From: Basidiobolus meristosporus CBS 931.73
Lineage: Eukaryota; Fungi; Basidiobolomycota
NCBI GenBank assembly: GCA_002104905.1
Contig: MCFE01000410.1
Location: 1 to 64,000, forward strand
Reading direction: 5' to 3'
Length of the DNA stretch: 64,000 nt
Under the pieces are notes generated by a model. It did no database searches. It was given only the letters and a program-made list of their open reading frames with translations, and was not told the origin of the DNA. Within the stretch, counting starts at the first letter, position 1; each line of letters opens with the position of its first letter. Shown in pieces: positions 1 through 13,003 of this stretch. The translations under genes were made by a program, and so were the position numbers.

Positions 1-1100
1 CACTAGGTCTGCATCTATACCATGCTTCAAAATGAGTAGAATTGCAAAGGTTTTGGTTGTAGTTCCTGTTTTTAAGTATACACCAGTGGCAACTGATTCT
101 GCCCAAAAATCCTATGATAAACTTTATCATGGATCATAGATATTTCTGTATTAATTATTGATCTGTTTGCACACACTGTTACTCTATTTTGCTGTGCAAA
201 TATGATACAGTGGTCACTTGCTTTATCCTATGAGTCTTGCAGTAGTGGATGAAGAGTTTTGAGGCTTATTCTCCACTATTGTCCTATTATATTTTCTTGC
301 TTTTTTCAACAGTTTCTCTCACCACCATGGCTTTAAACACACTGCCCTTGGTCAAAGCTTCTTCTGTTTGTTCCATGAAGTAGACCTGTATTTATCTTAT
401 ATAGCCATCAATAAAAGTGATATGATATTTGATCCTGCCTAGGGATGAATCTTGCATAGGTCCACAGAGATCTGAGTAAGTTGAATCTATATTTTTCTTG
501 GTTTCAATTAGCCTAAAGCTCTTCATTAACTCTCTGGTTTGTTTCCCATATATGCAGGCTTCACAGTGCAGGAAACTAACTGGTCCTTGATCATTGTGCA
601 CAAGTAATCAAAATTGATGTGTCCAAATCTCCTGTGCCAAAGCACTGGTGTTTTGTCATTTAAGTTACTTATAATGGCCTCCAGATATGAAGGGATATAA
701 GTCAATTTCTATAGATTACATCCTTGAAGGTGTCTGGCTTCCCTTGCTACTTCTAAGATTTACTTGGATAGTTCCTTCTGCCACTGCTTCAAGTGTTTGA
801 TGGCTACTTATGAAAACTTTCTTGTTTGGATATTCTTCATCTTGGGTAAAAAGTTCTTTATGGTGTGTAAAGTGTTGAGATGCTCCAGAGTCATGTTAGT
901 ATGCCTGAGAATCCTTAGTTGTGGTCATATTTAGTGCAGATATGATTAGTCTATCTTCTGTTGCTGCAGCATTTCTATATTTGGTCTTATTTTGCTGATC
1001 ATCTATCTGTTTGAGACACAGGTCTGATGTTTGTCATTTCCTTTTGCAGTAATTGCAAAACAGGTTGCAGATGCTTTTAAAGGGTCTTGAGTACCTCTTT
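1..1100 (-). mobile_element. Degenerate Ty1/copia internal region (gag zinc knuckle, protease, GAG-pre-integrase/integrase start)
   Basis: ORF 392-601 reads CEACIYGKQTR...YSDLCGPMQ.SSLG..KY.ITFIDGY, the copia integrase N-terminus. The minus strand near 850-910 gives DSGASQHFTHHKELF (copia protease). Stops and frameshifts throughout. Confidence 0.8.
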
Positions 1101-1102
1101 TG

Positions 1103-1447
1103 TGATATACAGATCTATAATCACACCTATATATTCACCTAACTAAGTCACTTCAATCATTGCCTTCAAGTCTTAGAGAACAATGACCAAATACCTGGTT
1201 GGGACTTATAAGAATATTTTCACAAAAATATCATGTACCCAGAATATGTGAGTTAGATTAGTTGTCCATACAGCCCCAAACTTTGCACACTTACTTATTA
1301 CCTTCCCAAACCCAATTGATATGCCTGTTATATCAAGACTGTGGAAAAGTACAAATACTACTTTACATTCAATAATCCATTAAGTGAAAACCACATAATC
1401 CATTTGTTCTCCCAATCACTTCCAATATGACTAAGCCTCTTACAACT
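1103..1447 (+). repeat. Copia-family LTR (5' LTR), followed by a degenerate half-tRNA-type PBS
   Basis: Aligns by eye with the solo LTRs at 38564-38912 and 42387-42735. Followed by ggtaatgagtccc, resembling the GGTTATGAGCCC primer site of copia/Ty5-type elements, and then by gag. Confidence 0.6.
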
Positions 1448-1599
1448 GGTAATGAGTCCCAAGCTGTCACTCTCTGCAATGTTGACTACTGCTGTTACTG
1501 GAATTTTTTCTCTGCTGGAAAGCTAGATAGATCCAACTTTTAAGTGTGGAAGGTGATGATAAAAATGCTTCCACAGGAGAGAGGCCTTTGGAATACTGT

Positions 1600-2960
1600 C
1601 ATTGGAGAAGAATTCCCTCCAAAAATATAGGAAAGATACTCATAAAGTACCAGAAAGAGAATAAAGTGCCTTTAAATGCATCTGAATCCATGTTAAAGAC
1701 AAATTGATAATTCAAAGCTCAGGAGCAAAAACTGCAAAGAATGCCTGAAAGGCATTAGAAGGCATGTATCAGTCCTATTCAGCTGATAAGAAAAAGTATC
1801 ATAGACAAAAACTCTTTACTTTAAAGATGCTGTCAGGAGCAGATATGAAAAATCTAATTAGCAAGGATACACTGCTGTTGACTGATATTATCTCTATGGG
1901 TATACCAAATACAGATGAGGATGTGATATTTATCATCCTGAATAGCCTGACCAACAGGTTTCATGGCCTTACATAAACTTTGGAGACCACAACTAAAATA
2001 ATGAGCTAGGTTACATTTATGCAAGGCTCTATTAAAATATTGGACTATTTGGCATCATTCAGCAGCTAATAACTCACTTAACAATTTTGGACTAGTCTTG
2101 GACTAGTCTTGTGGGACTAGTCTACAGCCCAAATGTCACCACTTTCCTCAGATATATGATCCTATAGCAAATACCCTACAGTCACAATCAAGTTAGAACT
2201 TTTACCAAACATTATCTACTAACCCTGAAGCTGCTACAGATTGCTCCTGAGTATTGAGAAGCTCTCCTTACCCAGTATTACAGTTATATTACTTTTACAA
2301 AGGTATAAATACTAAGCTCCTTTATGGATACACAAAAGTTCAACTATTATCACTATTTCTTGATAAGTTCCTTATATCCATATCACTTGCTAAATTGCAA
2401 CAAGCTATGAGTCTCAATTGCCTTAATCTATTTTAATGATGACATATACCAGCAAAAAGAAAAATGCAAATATCCTCCCTATAAAGGAGAGCTTTGATGG
2501 GAAGACCTACAGAGTTTGGAGAGTCCAGATGCAGATCTACCTGAGAAAAGAAACCTTTGGTATAGAGTCACATGAAGAGAAGTTGAGCCAAGAGAAACTG
2601 CAGAAGAAGTGGGGAAGTCTCAAGGGAAAGAGAAAAGGCCTTTAATGCCATATGTATCAATTTGCAAGATTTCTGCATTGGACAGAATCCTGCTTCATAA
2701 AACACCCATTGAAGCATATACAGGCCAAAAACCAGACCTCCAGTGCCCCAGGATCTTTGGCAGTGATGTTTGTTATCATGTCCCTGGCAAAATATGCTCA
2801 AAGTTAGAACCAATTAGTAGAATAAGGATCTTTCTTTGGTATTGAATGGATACTAAAGGGTATGGAGTGGGTAATGGCAAAACTCAGGAGCTGATGAAGT
2901 GCAGGGATGTTGTTTTTGAGGAGAACTCTGATCAAAAGCCACTGAAATCATTGATCAGCT
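1600..2960 (+). mobile_element. Ty1/copia gag and integrase C-terminal remnants
   Basis: 1764-1976 QKLFTLKM..G.DMKNLI...DEDVIFIILNSL (UBN2-type gag). 2436-2590 FDGKTYRVWRVQMQIYL (gag N-terminus). 2609-2845 KTPIEAYTGQKPDL..PRIFGS..YHVPGK.CSKLEP (integrase C-terminus). Confidence 0.75.
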
Positions 2961-5149
2961 GTTTGACAATGAAATCAACATCAATGAAGAAGATACATAC
3001 CTAATTCAGCCAGGTACGGAAGATATTTCTACCAGTTCCAGATAAGAACACATTAGACTTGTTCCATTGTACTGTGCCAAGGTGCACAGCTTGATCTGAG
3101 GTCTCAAAGAACAATTGGACAACCATGATAATACTAATATCAAAAATTTAGTTACCACTGATTTGCAATGGCTTGCTTTGGATTACAAAAAAAGTGAGTT
3201 TTTTGGATCATGACAAACAATAGCAATTCAATGCAATTGCATCATCTTCTCTAGGTTTTTTTTCTTACAGAGACTACTACTGAAGCATTTGGTATTGATT
3301 CACTTTGTACACCTAAGCTACTTCCTTGTTAAATGTCACCTTGGCTACCTGTGTGTTTGTAGTTAGTATCTTGACTCCTAGCTGATGAGTGCAGTGCAGC
3401 AGTTTGGCTGCACTAAATTGCTATGGATTATGCTACTGAACCAGCCTGCAGTGCTACATGCTAACACATTCTTTTACTTGCCAAAGGATCTAGTGGTGGA
3501 GGTACTTCATATGGGTCATCATCTGTTGTTCACCAGAAGTTACTTGCAGATGGTCAGGTGTAATGGCATGTGCAGGCATAACTTGATGTGCTGGCACAGC
3601 CCTTGTCTAAGTTTAATGTGAAGCTGCTTGTTGATGTAGCTTGGCCTGCTCCAATGGACTTGTGTCTATATGAGCAGTTTTGTAAGTTCTGGTGCCTCAG
3701 AAGCAAGTGTGTTGTCCCAACACACGTTGAATTAATGCAGGGAGCGCTTGTGAAGGGTGTTGGCATAGTTTAGACTGATGTGCGCCAGCATGCTGAAGTT
3801 GCAAAGGATGGTAAGGAATACAGCAAGGTGTGCTGGCAAAATCTAAACACTGTTGCTTGTGGTTGGTATTCTTCCTCTTGAAGTACACCTTTTGATTCCG
3901 CAAGGTATTCACTTACCCACTGTCTGATACTTTGGAATTATTGCTTGGACTAGTCTTGTGCATATTGCTCTTGGAGGTCCCTTAGCTCTACTATTATATC
4001 ATGTAGTACATTAGTCATATGGGGCAAAAGCTCACCCAGAATCTGTTTGGTTACCAAAGTTGAGGCACAAACAGACACATTTGGCCTGTACTGAGCAAAT
4101 TGCGTGCAAATTGTTCCTGCACAGCTTCCTTGTCAAATCCCCTCACTCTCAGCTCATTCTTGATTTCATTACTTGTCATGCTATATATCTTCTTACATAC
4201 ATCTACTGGCATCTTGATGTAGAAATCCTGCCACAGCTTTCTACTTCCATCACTATCAACTCTCTGAGGTATCTAGTTCTGCTATATTGTTGAGTAGTGC
4301 CCAAATATCTTTATGAAGGCTCAATATAGACACTTGGGCCATTCTTAAATTATTTGCAAGAACTTAAGCAGATCCAACATTGACTTTGCCTGTCCACACT
4401 GTGCTTGTTAGCCAGGGGACGGGTTTTGTCTGTGTTGTACTAATGATGAGTTGAGACTTGTTATAGGGACAATAGTGACAGATTTGAATACTTACACTGT
4501 AGTGCATTGGCATCAACCTGGTCTTGTACTAAATGATATATGTATATATGAAAACCAATGTGATTGTTGATTTTCCATATATTATGCATGGTGCATCTTG
4601 AATTGTGTTAAAACAGATTGGATCACTTCAGTCACCAACTTCCTATTTGATCATAGACTTGTGAGTAATGCATCAATAAAAGTACCAAGTCATTGTTTGA
4701 GGATGATTTTTGCAGCATGATGATGGGATACATGGCAATTGGTGGAGATTTAAACAAAATGCATGGAAAATCAGTTAATAAAGCTGTTTGTGCCAAATCA
4801 ACTTGAATCACCTCAGCCCAATCACTTACCAATTTGACTATGATTTACTCATCTGAATTGACTTTTCTCATCAACACCATTGCTACCACTGGATTTCCTT
4901 TTGACACACTATAGGAGATCTATACCAAGTACTGTGGGCCATCTACCCCAATCTACTCAACAAGATCCCTTACAAGGCTTCTCTGCTATTACAAGAACTA
5001 TTGCCCTACAAGGTTTCATCCCACCATTACTGATAGCAAAAGTCCTAGAAGCTTTCATTCCCAACTGACATCAATGGAGAAAAACCTTGTACACAATATG
5101 AATGACTCAGAACAAGCTTAGTATACTAGGTTCAGAAGCCCCAATAGAC

Positions 5150-5400
5150 TACCATATCCCAGAGTATTCAGTAACAGGTTCCATATAAGGTGTATTTTGG
5201 ATACCTTTCCTGTTGAGATTTACAGAACTTCTGGAGGGCAGAGGCACTTTAATTCTGGCAAGTATAAGGCACACTGTGTGAAGTTTCAGCCACTGTCTGA
5301 CATTGAGGGTAATATCATCTGGTTTAGTGGGCCATTTGCTGGAAGTAGGAATGACAAAGCATTCTGGGTAGTTGATCATTCAGAATTCAGTTGAGGGGAC
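5150..5400 (+). pseudogene. PIF/Harbinger-type DDE transposase fragment
   Basis: HFNSGKYKAHCVKFQ..SDIEGNIIWFSGPFAGSRND resembles the SGxKxxHxxKxQ...G.I...SGP..GS.xD core of DDE_Tnp_4 transposases. Confidence 0.6.
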
Positions 5401-5559
5401 AAATGTATGGCAGACTGAACAGTGATTCTGCCTGAATTAGTGCTTGGAAATATCCTAGATGCAAGCACTCCAGTATGAAATATCAAAAAATCCAACCAGA
5501 CAACAAATAGCCCAGGTTACTATATCAATGAGCATGCAAACTCTGCCTATGCCTATTCA

Positions 5560-7060
5560 GTCCATGTTGATGAGCCCCAGACTGCAAAAGAGGCCCTAGA
5601 TAGCCTTTAAACAGAGTTCTGGACATGGGCAATGACTGAGGAATATCAGGCTAAAAGGAGAGTCAAACTTGGGACTTTGTGAAGTTACCAATTAACCAAA
5701 AAACAATTGGATATAGATGGGTCTTTATGACAACTTACAAGGCTGATGGTACAACTGAAGATACAAAGCCAGGCCTATTGTTGAAGGATACATTTCAACA
5801 GAAGAACCTCACCATAATGAGACCTTTGCACTGGCAGCTAAGCTTAATTTCATTGGATTATTAATGGCTATTGCAGCCATATATAGGTTTTTCATACATC
5901 AAATGGATGTAAATGATGCATTTTGAATGGATAACTGGATGAGTACATGTATATGGACCAGCCTAATGGGTTTGCTGACCAAATATACCAACATTTGAGT
6001 TGCAATCTTAGAAGATCCTTTTATGGACTCAAACTATCACCAAGAGCTTGCAATTGCAAGCCAGATTCTTATTTGAAATCTTTGAGTATAAAAAGCTGTA
6101 ATTCTGACTATAGTATATATTATAAGCTGGACAGAAAATAATCAGCTCTAATAGCACCATATGTGGATGATCATACTATAGTGGCCAACAATCTAGGAAC
6201 ATTGAAAGAGACAAAATCCAGCCTATCCAAAGAGCTCAAGATGTCTTACCTATGAGAACCCAGTCATTTCTTAGGGATAAAGTTCTCCATAGACAGAAGT
6301 ACCCAACTACCACCCTAAGCAAATCCAGTATATTCAAGATTTACAAAAGATATACCAAATGGATGACTATTAATCAGCTGCTTCTCCAATGGTGACAAAT
6401 CTTAACTTGGTCAAATGCAACAAAATCAACAGGGCTTTGTGCCATTGGATAGCCATGGCTTTCTTTGTCAGTTTGTGGTTAGCAGTCTGATGTATATTAT
6501 GTTTGGAACACATCCAGATATCTCATATTCAGGAGAGCAGTCAGCATGCATAACTGGAACTATAGATCTTATCATATTGTAGCAGTAAAGCAGGTACATA
6601 GATACCTGAAAGGAGCTGCTGATATCAGATTAAGATATACCAATGAGAGCTCAGAACAAGACCTTGTTGTATAATCTGTTTCTGATTGGGGATGAAATTG
6701 TTTAAGACAGAAGATCCGCCAAAGGATACACCTTCATTTACTGTAAAGAAGGCATTTCATGGAATTCAAGAAAGTAGCCAACCATAACACTCTCAGCAAC
6801 AGAGGCAGAGTGTATGGCAGCCTGTGAGACTATAAGAAACGCAATGTTGCTGAGGAAGCTCTTAAAGATTTTGGCTGATGTCAAATATGCATGTTACTTT
6901 ATTTCAAGATAATCATGGATGAATATTTTTAGGTAAAAATTGAACTTTTCATGCTAGAATTAATCATATATATTGGAAATCACCTCATATGAACAGCTAT
7001 AGACAATAACATGGCTAACTTAGCTTACTGCCCTACACTTGAAAATGTTGAAATAATTAT
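5560..7060 (+). pseudogene. Ty1/copia reverse transcriptase-RNase H pseudogene
   Basis: Motifs in order: EP.T.KEAL, W.AM.EE, KTIGYRWVF, HQMDV.DAF, YMDQPNGF, FYGLKLSPRA, YVDD, PDI, SDW, PTITLSATEAE. Many stops and frameshifts. Confidence 0.85.
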
Positions 7061-8064
7061 GGAGTCTACCTAATTATTGATATATTATGAAATTAGTTTG
7101 TAAGATATTTGCTAATTGTTAGAAATTAGTGAAATATAGAATTTTAGGAATGTTGATGCCCTTGAGTGCGGTAACATGGAGGATGAACTTGAAGAAGACT
7201 CAGAACTCACCTTCCATATGACAGAAGAACACCTATCCCAGATGACCTTGAACTCTGGAAAGCTATTATATTTGAATGGAGTATTTAATGGAGTATCTGC
7301 TAAGATCATGATTGGCTCAGGAGCATTGCATGAGTACATGTCAGAGCAATTTGCCTTGAAAGCTGGAATCAACTCAGAACCTACCAAATCAACTTCAGTC
7401 TCAATAGCTGATGCAAACTCTAATGTAATTAACTGTATCACTTAGCTAGTAAGGATGAACATCAGTGACTGTGAGAAGACCTACAGGCCTATATATTTGG
7501 GAACTACAAGTTTGACCTTCTACTTGGAAAAACCCAGCAATTCTGTTATAATCATCAATTAACTCAAAAACCCAAGCTACTCAAATCCAGAAGGACAACA
7601 AGACCTATGAGCTATTACCTGCCATACTGGATTTCAACTTGGTCAATTCCAGTGTGTGTGAAACTAGTGAACTTAGCAAGACACAGTTCTGTAGAGCATT
7701 TAGAAATGGCACCCAGATGTTTCTCATGGAAGTATAACAGGAGGATTCCTCAACTCCAGTGCCCCAGAAGGTCCAGACTCTTTTGAAGGAATATTCAGAC
7801 TTATTTCCAGATGTACTTGTAAGCCTACCAACAGTAAGAGATGTGGATCATGCCATTGACACAGGAGATAGCCTTCCAGTGAGTAAGACACCTTACAGAA
7901 TGAGTCCATTGGAGTTGTAAGAGATTAAGAGACATATAGATCAGTTACTGGAGCAAGGATATATCAGACCCAGCAAGTCACCTTGGGGAGCACCAGTACA
8001 CTTTGTGAAGAAGACAGATGGAACAATTAGGATGTGCATTGACTATGGAGCCCTCAACTCAGTT

Positions 8065-8432
8065 TGTTACAAGTCTTGGTATAAGAGTTGTAGAGGAATA
8101 GGGAGTTTAGCTAGTATTGTATTCACTAAAACTTGAACTGATTTTTATTGAGGTTCCAGCAGCTCCTTATATACATTTTGCCAGATCAATTGCTGACTAA
8201 TTGTATTTCCTAATGTAGGTTGTGGCTGATGACTCATTTGATTGCATCATCATCACCCAATAAGATCCTACTTAATATATCTATTTCTGTCTGATAAGGA
8301 TCTGCTGATTCATTTGCTGACTAATGCTACTGATTTCATAGATAATACTGATATACTGATAACCTAAACATATACTAATTGATTTGACTAAAAACTGATC
8401 TAACTTAAACATTCAAGCGGCAGATCATAACA
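8065..8432 (-). repeat. 3' LTR of family-A copy 1
   Basis: TG...CA ends with 5-bp inverted termini. TATATAA and AATAAA in element orientation. Abuts the PPT. Confidence 0.95.
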
Positions 8433-8441
8433 TTCTCCCCT
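8433..8441 (-). other. Polypurine tract
   Basis: Minus strand AGGGGAGAA lies directly before the 3' LTR and just after the pol stop codon. Confidence 0.85.
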
Positions 8442-8442
8442 A

Positions 8443-11400
8443 CTAAAGTTGAGAGGGTTCTCCTGAATCTCTTTTCTTGTGATACCAATATCTTGATGGT
8501 TCAGTATTATCAGCAAGTCTTGCAAGCTTGAGTCTGTCCCTATGCACTAAGTCTTTCCGGATATTACCTTGCTTGTCCACCAGTTGGTAAGTTGCAAATG
8601 GACATTCTCTGATGATCTTGAATGGTCCTGTCCATTGTGGCTCAAACTTCTTCCGAGTGTTGTTTCTTAGCAATACAAAGTTCCCAACTGTCAATGCTTC
8701 TGGTGCTATAGTCTTATCAAATCTCTGCTTCATCTTTTCTGCACTTTGAGATACTTTGGTCTGTGCCTCTTGACGTCTTTGTTCCAGTTGCTGGTGTCTA
8801 CTTGGCTGACTAAGTTCATCTTCTAAGGCATCTGTAAGCTTGGGTTGTGTGAGATCTCCTGGAATCCTAGGTTCACATCCATAAACTAAGTAAAATGGTG
8901 ATTGCTGGGTGGTGTTGTGTACTCTGACTCTGCATGCAAAGAGTGCTTGGTCTATATACTCATCCCATCTACTGACAACTCCATTTGCATACTTAGTCAG
9001 CATTTTTCCAAATAATCCATTAAACCGCTCAGTGACTCCATTAGTTCTGGGGTGATATGCCGAGGTTTTCAAGTGTCTGATCTGCTGCATTTCCAGGTAG
9101 GCCTCTAATGTCTTTGCCATAAAGTTTGCACCTCTATCGGATAAGATCTCCGCAGGGCATCCAAACTTCATCAGGATCTCATGGTAAATGAAACTTGCAA
9201 CTTCTTGTTCACTGGCTATTGGTACGGCTTTAGCAACTGGCCATTTAGTGGCATGGTCAATAGCTACTAGGATCCAACGGTTACATTTCCTGGTAGTTGG
9301 CAGTCTTCCAATAAAGTCAATTCCCCATCTCTCAAATGGTGTGACAGGCTCCAAAGGGAAGAGTTTGGCAATTCTTTGTGGCTGGCCCTGATTGATTTGG
9401 CAGTTTGGGCATGTTTTCACTAGCTTCTCAATATCTTGTTTCATTCTGGGCCACCATGCTCTGGCTTTCACAAGGCTATAGGTTCCTTCAATCCCAAGAT
9501 GTCCATATCCATTGTGTAGCTTATGTATTAAATCCAGGCGAGCAACATAAGGACAATAGGCAATAGGGCTTCCATCAACAATTCGGTAGAGTGTTTCATC
9601 CTGTACAACAAATTTGCTGGCTTCATCATGGATTATCTTCTTGATATCTTCATCCACCTCATTAGGAATGGCTTGGTCCTCCAAGTACTTTGGTAATAGG
9701 CTAGGCCAATCTGATTCATGCACCAAGTTGAGTTGTGCAACTTGATCTAATCTTGATAAGGCATCAGCAACCGTGTTGTTTTTTCCAGGGCAGTAGACAA
9801 TCTCCAGGTCAAATTGCTGAATGTATTCACTCCATCTTGTCATTCTTCTAGAGAGTACCTTCTGAGTAAATATATACTTGAGGGAGGCATGATCAGTCTT
9901 CACAGTGCATTTGACTCCTTCAATATAGCATCTCCATGTCTTCAAACAGTGTATTATAGCAAGCATCTCCTTCTCATGGACTGGATAGTTTTGTTCTGCT
10001 GAGTTCAGTTTCTTGGATTCAAAGGCAACAGGGTAGTCCTTTCCCTTGTGTTCTTGGCTCAGCACTCCACCAATTGCATAATCTGAAGCATCTGTGCATA
10101 GAGTGAACTCTTTTCTGAAGTCTGGTATTCTTAAGCTTGGCAACTTAGCAAGTTCATTCTTTAGCGTCTGGAAGGCAGTCTCACAAGCTATGTCCCACTT
10201 GTAGGTATTGTCTTTCTTGAGGATATCAGTTAAAGGGGCTGCAATACTTGCAAATGACTTGACAAATCTCCGATAATAGGAAACCATTCCAAGGAAGGAT
10301 CTGAGTTCTGATATGCTATGGGGCTGCTTCAAATTCTTGATTACTTCCACCTTCTTGGGGTCTAAGGTTACTCCTGTGCTAGTCACTATGTGTCCCAGAT
10401 ATTCTACGTGTTCCTTGAAGAATTCACACTTGGCTAGCTTGCCATATAGCTTGTTCTCTCTTAGTTTCTTCAACACCTTTTCAATGTGTACCATGTGATC
10501 CTTTTCTGTCTTGCTGTATATCAATATGTCATCCAGGTAGATTATCACAAACTTGTCTAAGTACTCCTGAAAGACAGTCTGCATCAGCGTCATGAATGTT
10601 GCAGGGGCATTAGTGAGGCCAAAACTCATGACTAAGTACTCGTAATGTCCATATCTGGTCCTGAATGCTCTCTCAGGGATATCTTCTGGTTTTACCCTAA
10701 TCTGGTTGTATCCTGACATGAGGTCAATCTTGCTGAAAATAGTGGCTCCATTAAGTTGGTCTAAAAGCTCATCAATCCGAGGTATGGGGTACTTATTCTT
10801 GACGGTAACTGAGTTCAGGGCTCTGTAGTCAATGCACATCCTAAGTGTTCCATCCTTCTTTTTCACAAAAAGCACTGGTGCTCCCCAGGGTGACTTGCTG
10901 GGCCTGATGTATCCTTGCTCCAATAGCTGATCAATTTGTCTCTTCATTTCCTCCAATTCCAATGGACTCATTCTGTAAGGTGTCTTGCTTACTGGAGGGC
11001 TATCTCCTGTGTCAATGGCATGATCCACGTCTCTGACTGGTGGTAGGCTTACAAGCTCATCTGGAAACACGTCTGAGTATTTCTTCAAGAGAGTCTGGAC
11101 CTGCTGGGGTGCTGGGGTAGAGGAATCCTCCTGTAATACCGCCATGAGGAACATCTCGGTACCTTTTCTAAGTGCTCTACAGAACTGGGTCTTGCTAAGT
11201 TCACTTGTCTCACACACACTGGAATTGACCAAGTTGAAATCCAGCCTGGCAGGTAATAGCTCATAGGTCTTGTTGTCTTTTTGGATCTGAGTAGCATGGG
11301 TTCTCCAGTTGATTGATGGATTACGACAAAATAGCCAGGTTTTTCCAAGTACAAGGTCAAACTTGCAGTTCCCAAATATATAAGCCTGTAGGTCTTCTTC

Positions 11401-12576
11401 ATAGTCATTGATCTTCATTCTTACTGGCTGGGTAATACGGTTGATTATGTGGGAGTTCCCATCAGCTGTGGAAACTGAAGTTGATTTGGTAGGTTCCAAG
11501 TTGATTCCAGCTTTCAAAGCAAATTGCTCTGACATGTATTCATGCGATGCTCCTGAGTCAATCATGATCTTGGCAGGTACTCCATTGATTACTCCATTCA
11601 AGTACAATAACTTCCCTGAGTTTGAAGTCATTTGGGACAAGTACTCTTCTGTCATATGGAAGGTGAGTTCCAAGTCTTCTTCAAGCTCATCTTTCACATT
11701 ACTGTGTTCATGGGACTCAATATGGTAGAAGGTTCTTGTTGGCTGGTGTCCATTTCTTCTCTGAGGGCAGTACTTTGCAATATGTCCCTGCTGGTGGCAA
11801 TTGAAGCAAAGTCCTCTCTTCTTGCATTCTTCTGAGGAGGGATTCTTCTGCATAGCGTCTATTTCCATTGGTACTGCTTCTGATTGTCTTCTTTCATAAT
11901 GATTATAGCCTTTCTGATTAGTCACTGTAGGCTTCCCAACTCCAAACATAGCTGAGTCATAGTCAATGGCAATCTTGATGGCTTCTTCAATAGTCTGAGG
12001 TCTTCGGTAATTGACTTCCTTGCGAGTTCTTTCTTTCAACCCATCAATAAAGTATTCAACTTGATCCAAGGGGTCCATTCTTTCAATTTGTCCAAGTAGA
12101 CATCTGTACTCATAGATGTATTCTTGCACCATTCCTTTCTGTCTGAGTGTCTTTAACTTCCTTCTTAGTAGTGTCTGCTGGTGTGGAGGTTCAAAAGCAT
12201 CCTGAATTTCCGACACAAACTCATCCCAGGTAGAGATTGTAGAGCATCCCATCATAGTAGCTGACCTGATCTTGTTGTGGTACCACTGTAAAGCTGCATC
12301 TGCCAGGTAAGAAGCTGCATAATGCAACTTGCTCTCTGGAGCAATTCCTTTAGCTTTAAAAGCTTCTTCAATCTGAAAGAGCCAAGTTCCCAGGTTTTCA
12401 TTGACTCTGCCATGGTACCGGTTGACCTTCACACTAAAGTTGCTCTTGACAGGGCTTTGTTGGCTCTGAGCCATGGTAGTCATTCCTTGTTGCTGTTGGC
12501 TGAGGATCTGGAGTAGCTGTTGCTGTTGGGCCAGGATTTGCTGCATGGCATTTTTCCATTCTTGATTGTCCGACAT
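8443..12576 (-). CDS. Ty3/gypsy Gag-Pol polyprotein, single frame, 1377 aa
   Basis: Capsid-like gag, [14 protein letters not shown] zinc knuckle, IDSGAS protease, [18 protein letters not shown] RNase H, HHCC plus D-D-E integrase (WGIDF, SDRG, TER) and a GPF motif. No chromodomain visible. Confidence 0.96.
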   Translation of the reverse strand: MSDNQEWKNAMQQILAQQQQLLQILSQQQQGMTTMAQSQQSPVKSNFSVKVNRYHGRVNENLGTWLFQIEEAFKAKGIAPESKLHYAASYLADAALQWYHNKIRSATMMGCSTISTWDEFVSEIQDAFEPPHQQTLLRRKLKTLRQKGMVQEYIYEYRCLLGQIERMDPLDQVEYFIDGLKERTRKEVNYRRPQTIEEAIKIAIDYDSAMFGVGKPTVTNQKGYNHYERRQSEAVPMEIDAMQKNPSSEECKKRGLCFNCHQQGHIAKYCPQRRNGHQPTRTFYHIESHEHSNVKDELEEDLELTFHMTEEYLSQMTSNSGKLLYLNGVINGVPAKIMIDSGASHEYMSEQFALKAGINLEPTKSTSVSTADGNSHIINRITQPVRMKINDYEEDLQAYIFGNCKFDLVLGKTWLFCRNPSINWRTHATQIQKDNKTYELLPARLDFNLVNSSVCETSELSKTQFCRALRKGTEMFLMAVLQEDSSTPAPQQVQTLLKKYSDVFPDELVSLPPVRDVDHAIDTGDSPPVSKTPYRMSPLELEEMKRQIDQLLEQGYIRPSKSPWGAPVLFVKKKDGTLRMCIDYRALNSVTVKNKYPIPRIDELLDQLNGATIFSKIDLMSGYNQIRVKPEDIPERAFRTRYGHYEYLVMSFGLTNAPATFMTLMQTVFQEYLDKFVIIYLDDILIYSKTEKDHMVHIEKVLKKLRENKLYGKLAKCEFFKEHVEYLGHIVTSTGVTLDPKKVEVIKNLKQPHSISELRSFLGMVSYYRRFVKSFASIAAPLTDILKKDNTYKWDIACETAFQTLKNELAKLPSLRIPDFRKEFTLCTDASDYAIGGVLSQEHKGKDYPVAFESKKLNSAEQNYPVHEKEMLAIIHCLKTWRCYIEGVKCTVKTDHASLKYIFTQKVLSRRMTRWSEYIQQFDLEIVYCPGKNNTVADALSRLDQVAQLNLVHESDWPSLLPKYLEDQAIPNEVDEDIKKIIHDEASKFVVQDETLYRIVDGSPIAYCPYVARLDLIHKLHNGYGHLGIEGTYSLVKARAWWPRMKQDIEKLVKTCPNCQINQGQPQRIAKLFPLEPVTPFERWGIDFIGRLPTTRKCNRWILVAIDHATKWPVAKAVPIASEQEVASFIYHEILMKFGCPAEILSDRGANFMAKTLEAYLEMQQIRHLKTSAYHPRTNGVTERFNGLFGKMLTKYANGVVSRWDEYIDQALFACRVRVHNTTQQSPFYLVYGCEPRIPGDLTQPKLTDALEDELSQPSRHQQLEQRRQEAQTKVSQSAEKMKQRFDKTIAPEALTVGNFVLLRNNTRKKFEPQWTGPFKIIRECPFATYQLVDKQGNIRKDLVHRDRLKLARLADNTEPSRYWYHKKRDSGEPSQL

Positions 12577-12624
12577 CTCGAGGGTGGTTTCTTCTTTTCT
12601 TCAGGAGGGAGGTTTCTGGTTATT

Positions 12625-12634
12625 GCTGCTACCA
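12625..12634 (-). other. Primer binding site, probably initiator tRNA-Met
   Basis: TGGTAGCAGC lies 1 nt inside the 5' LTR and is complementary to a tRNA ending ...CUGCUACCA. The same site precedes the 20008 LTR. Confidence 0.75.
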
Positions 12635-12635
12635 A

Positions 12636-13003
12636 TGTTACAAGTCTTGGTATAAGAGTTGTAGAGGAATAGGGAGTTTAGCTAGTATTGTATTCACTAA
12701 AACTTGAACTGATTTTTATTGAGGTTCCAGCAGCTCCTTATATACATTTTGCCAGATCAATTGCTGACTAATTGTATTTCCTAATGTAGGTTGTGGCTGA
12801 TGACTCATTTGATTGCATCATCATCACCCAATAAGATCCTACTTAATATATCTATTTCTGTCTGATAAGGATCTGCTGATTCATTTGCTGACTAATGCTA
12901 CTGATTTCATAGATAATACTGATATACTGATAACCTAAACATATACTAATTGATTTGACTAAAAACTGATCTAACTTAAACATTCAAGCGGCAGATCATA
13001 ACA
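12636..13003 (-). repeat. 5' LTR of family-A copy 1
   Basis: Matches 8065-8432 by eye without differences. Confidence 0.95.

Larger units (their letters stand above)
8065..13003 (-). mobile_element. Full-length young Ty3/gypsy LTR retrotransposon (family A, copy 1)
   Basis: Two 368-bp TGTTA...TAACA LTRs with no difference found by eye, TSD AGTT (8061-8064 and 13004-13007), PBS, PPT and an uninterrupted gag-pol ORF. Confidence 0.97.

Noticed and set aside
2089-2123. Three ggactagtct(t) palindromic units, with one more near 3947
   Set aside because: Too short, and embedded in TE debris with no defined element ends.
3340-4900. Several 60-80-aa ORFs on both strands
   Set aside because: CpG-depleted, repeat-like DNA with no recognisable protein motifs; left unannotated.
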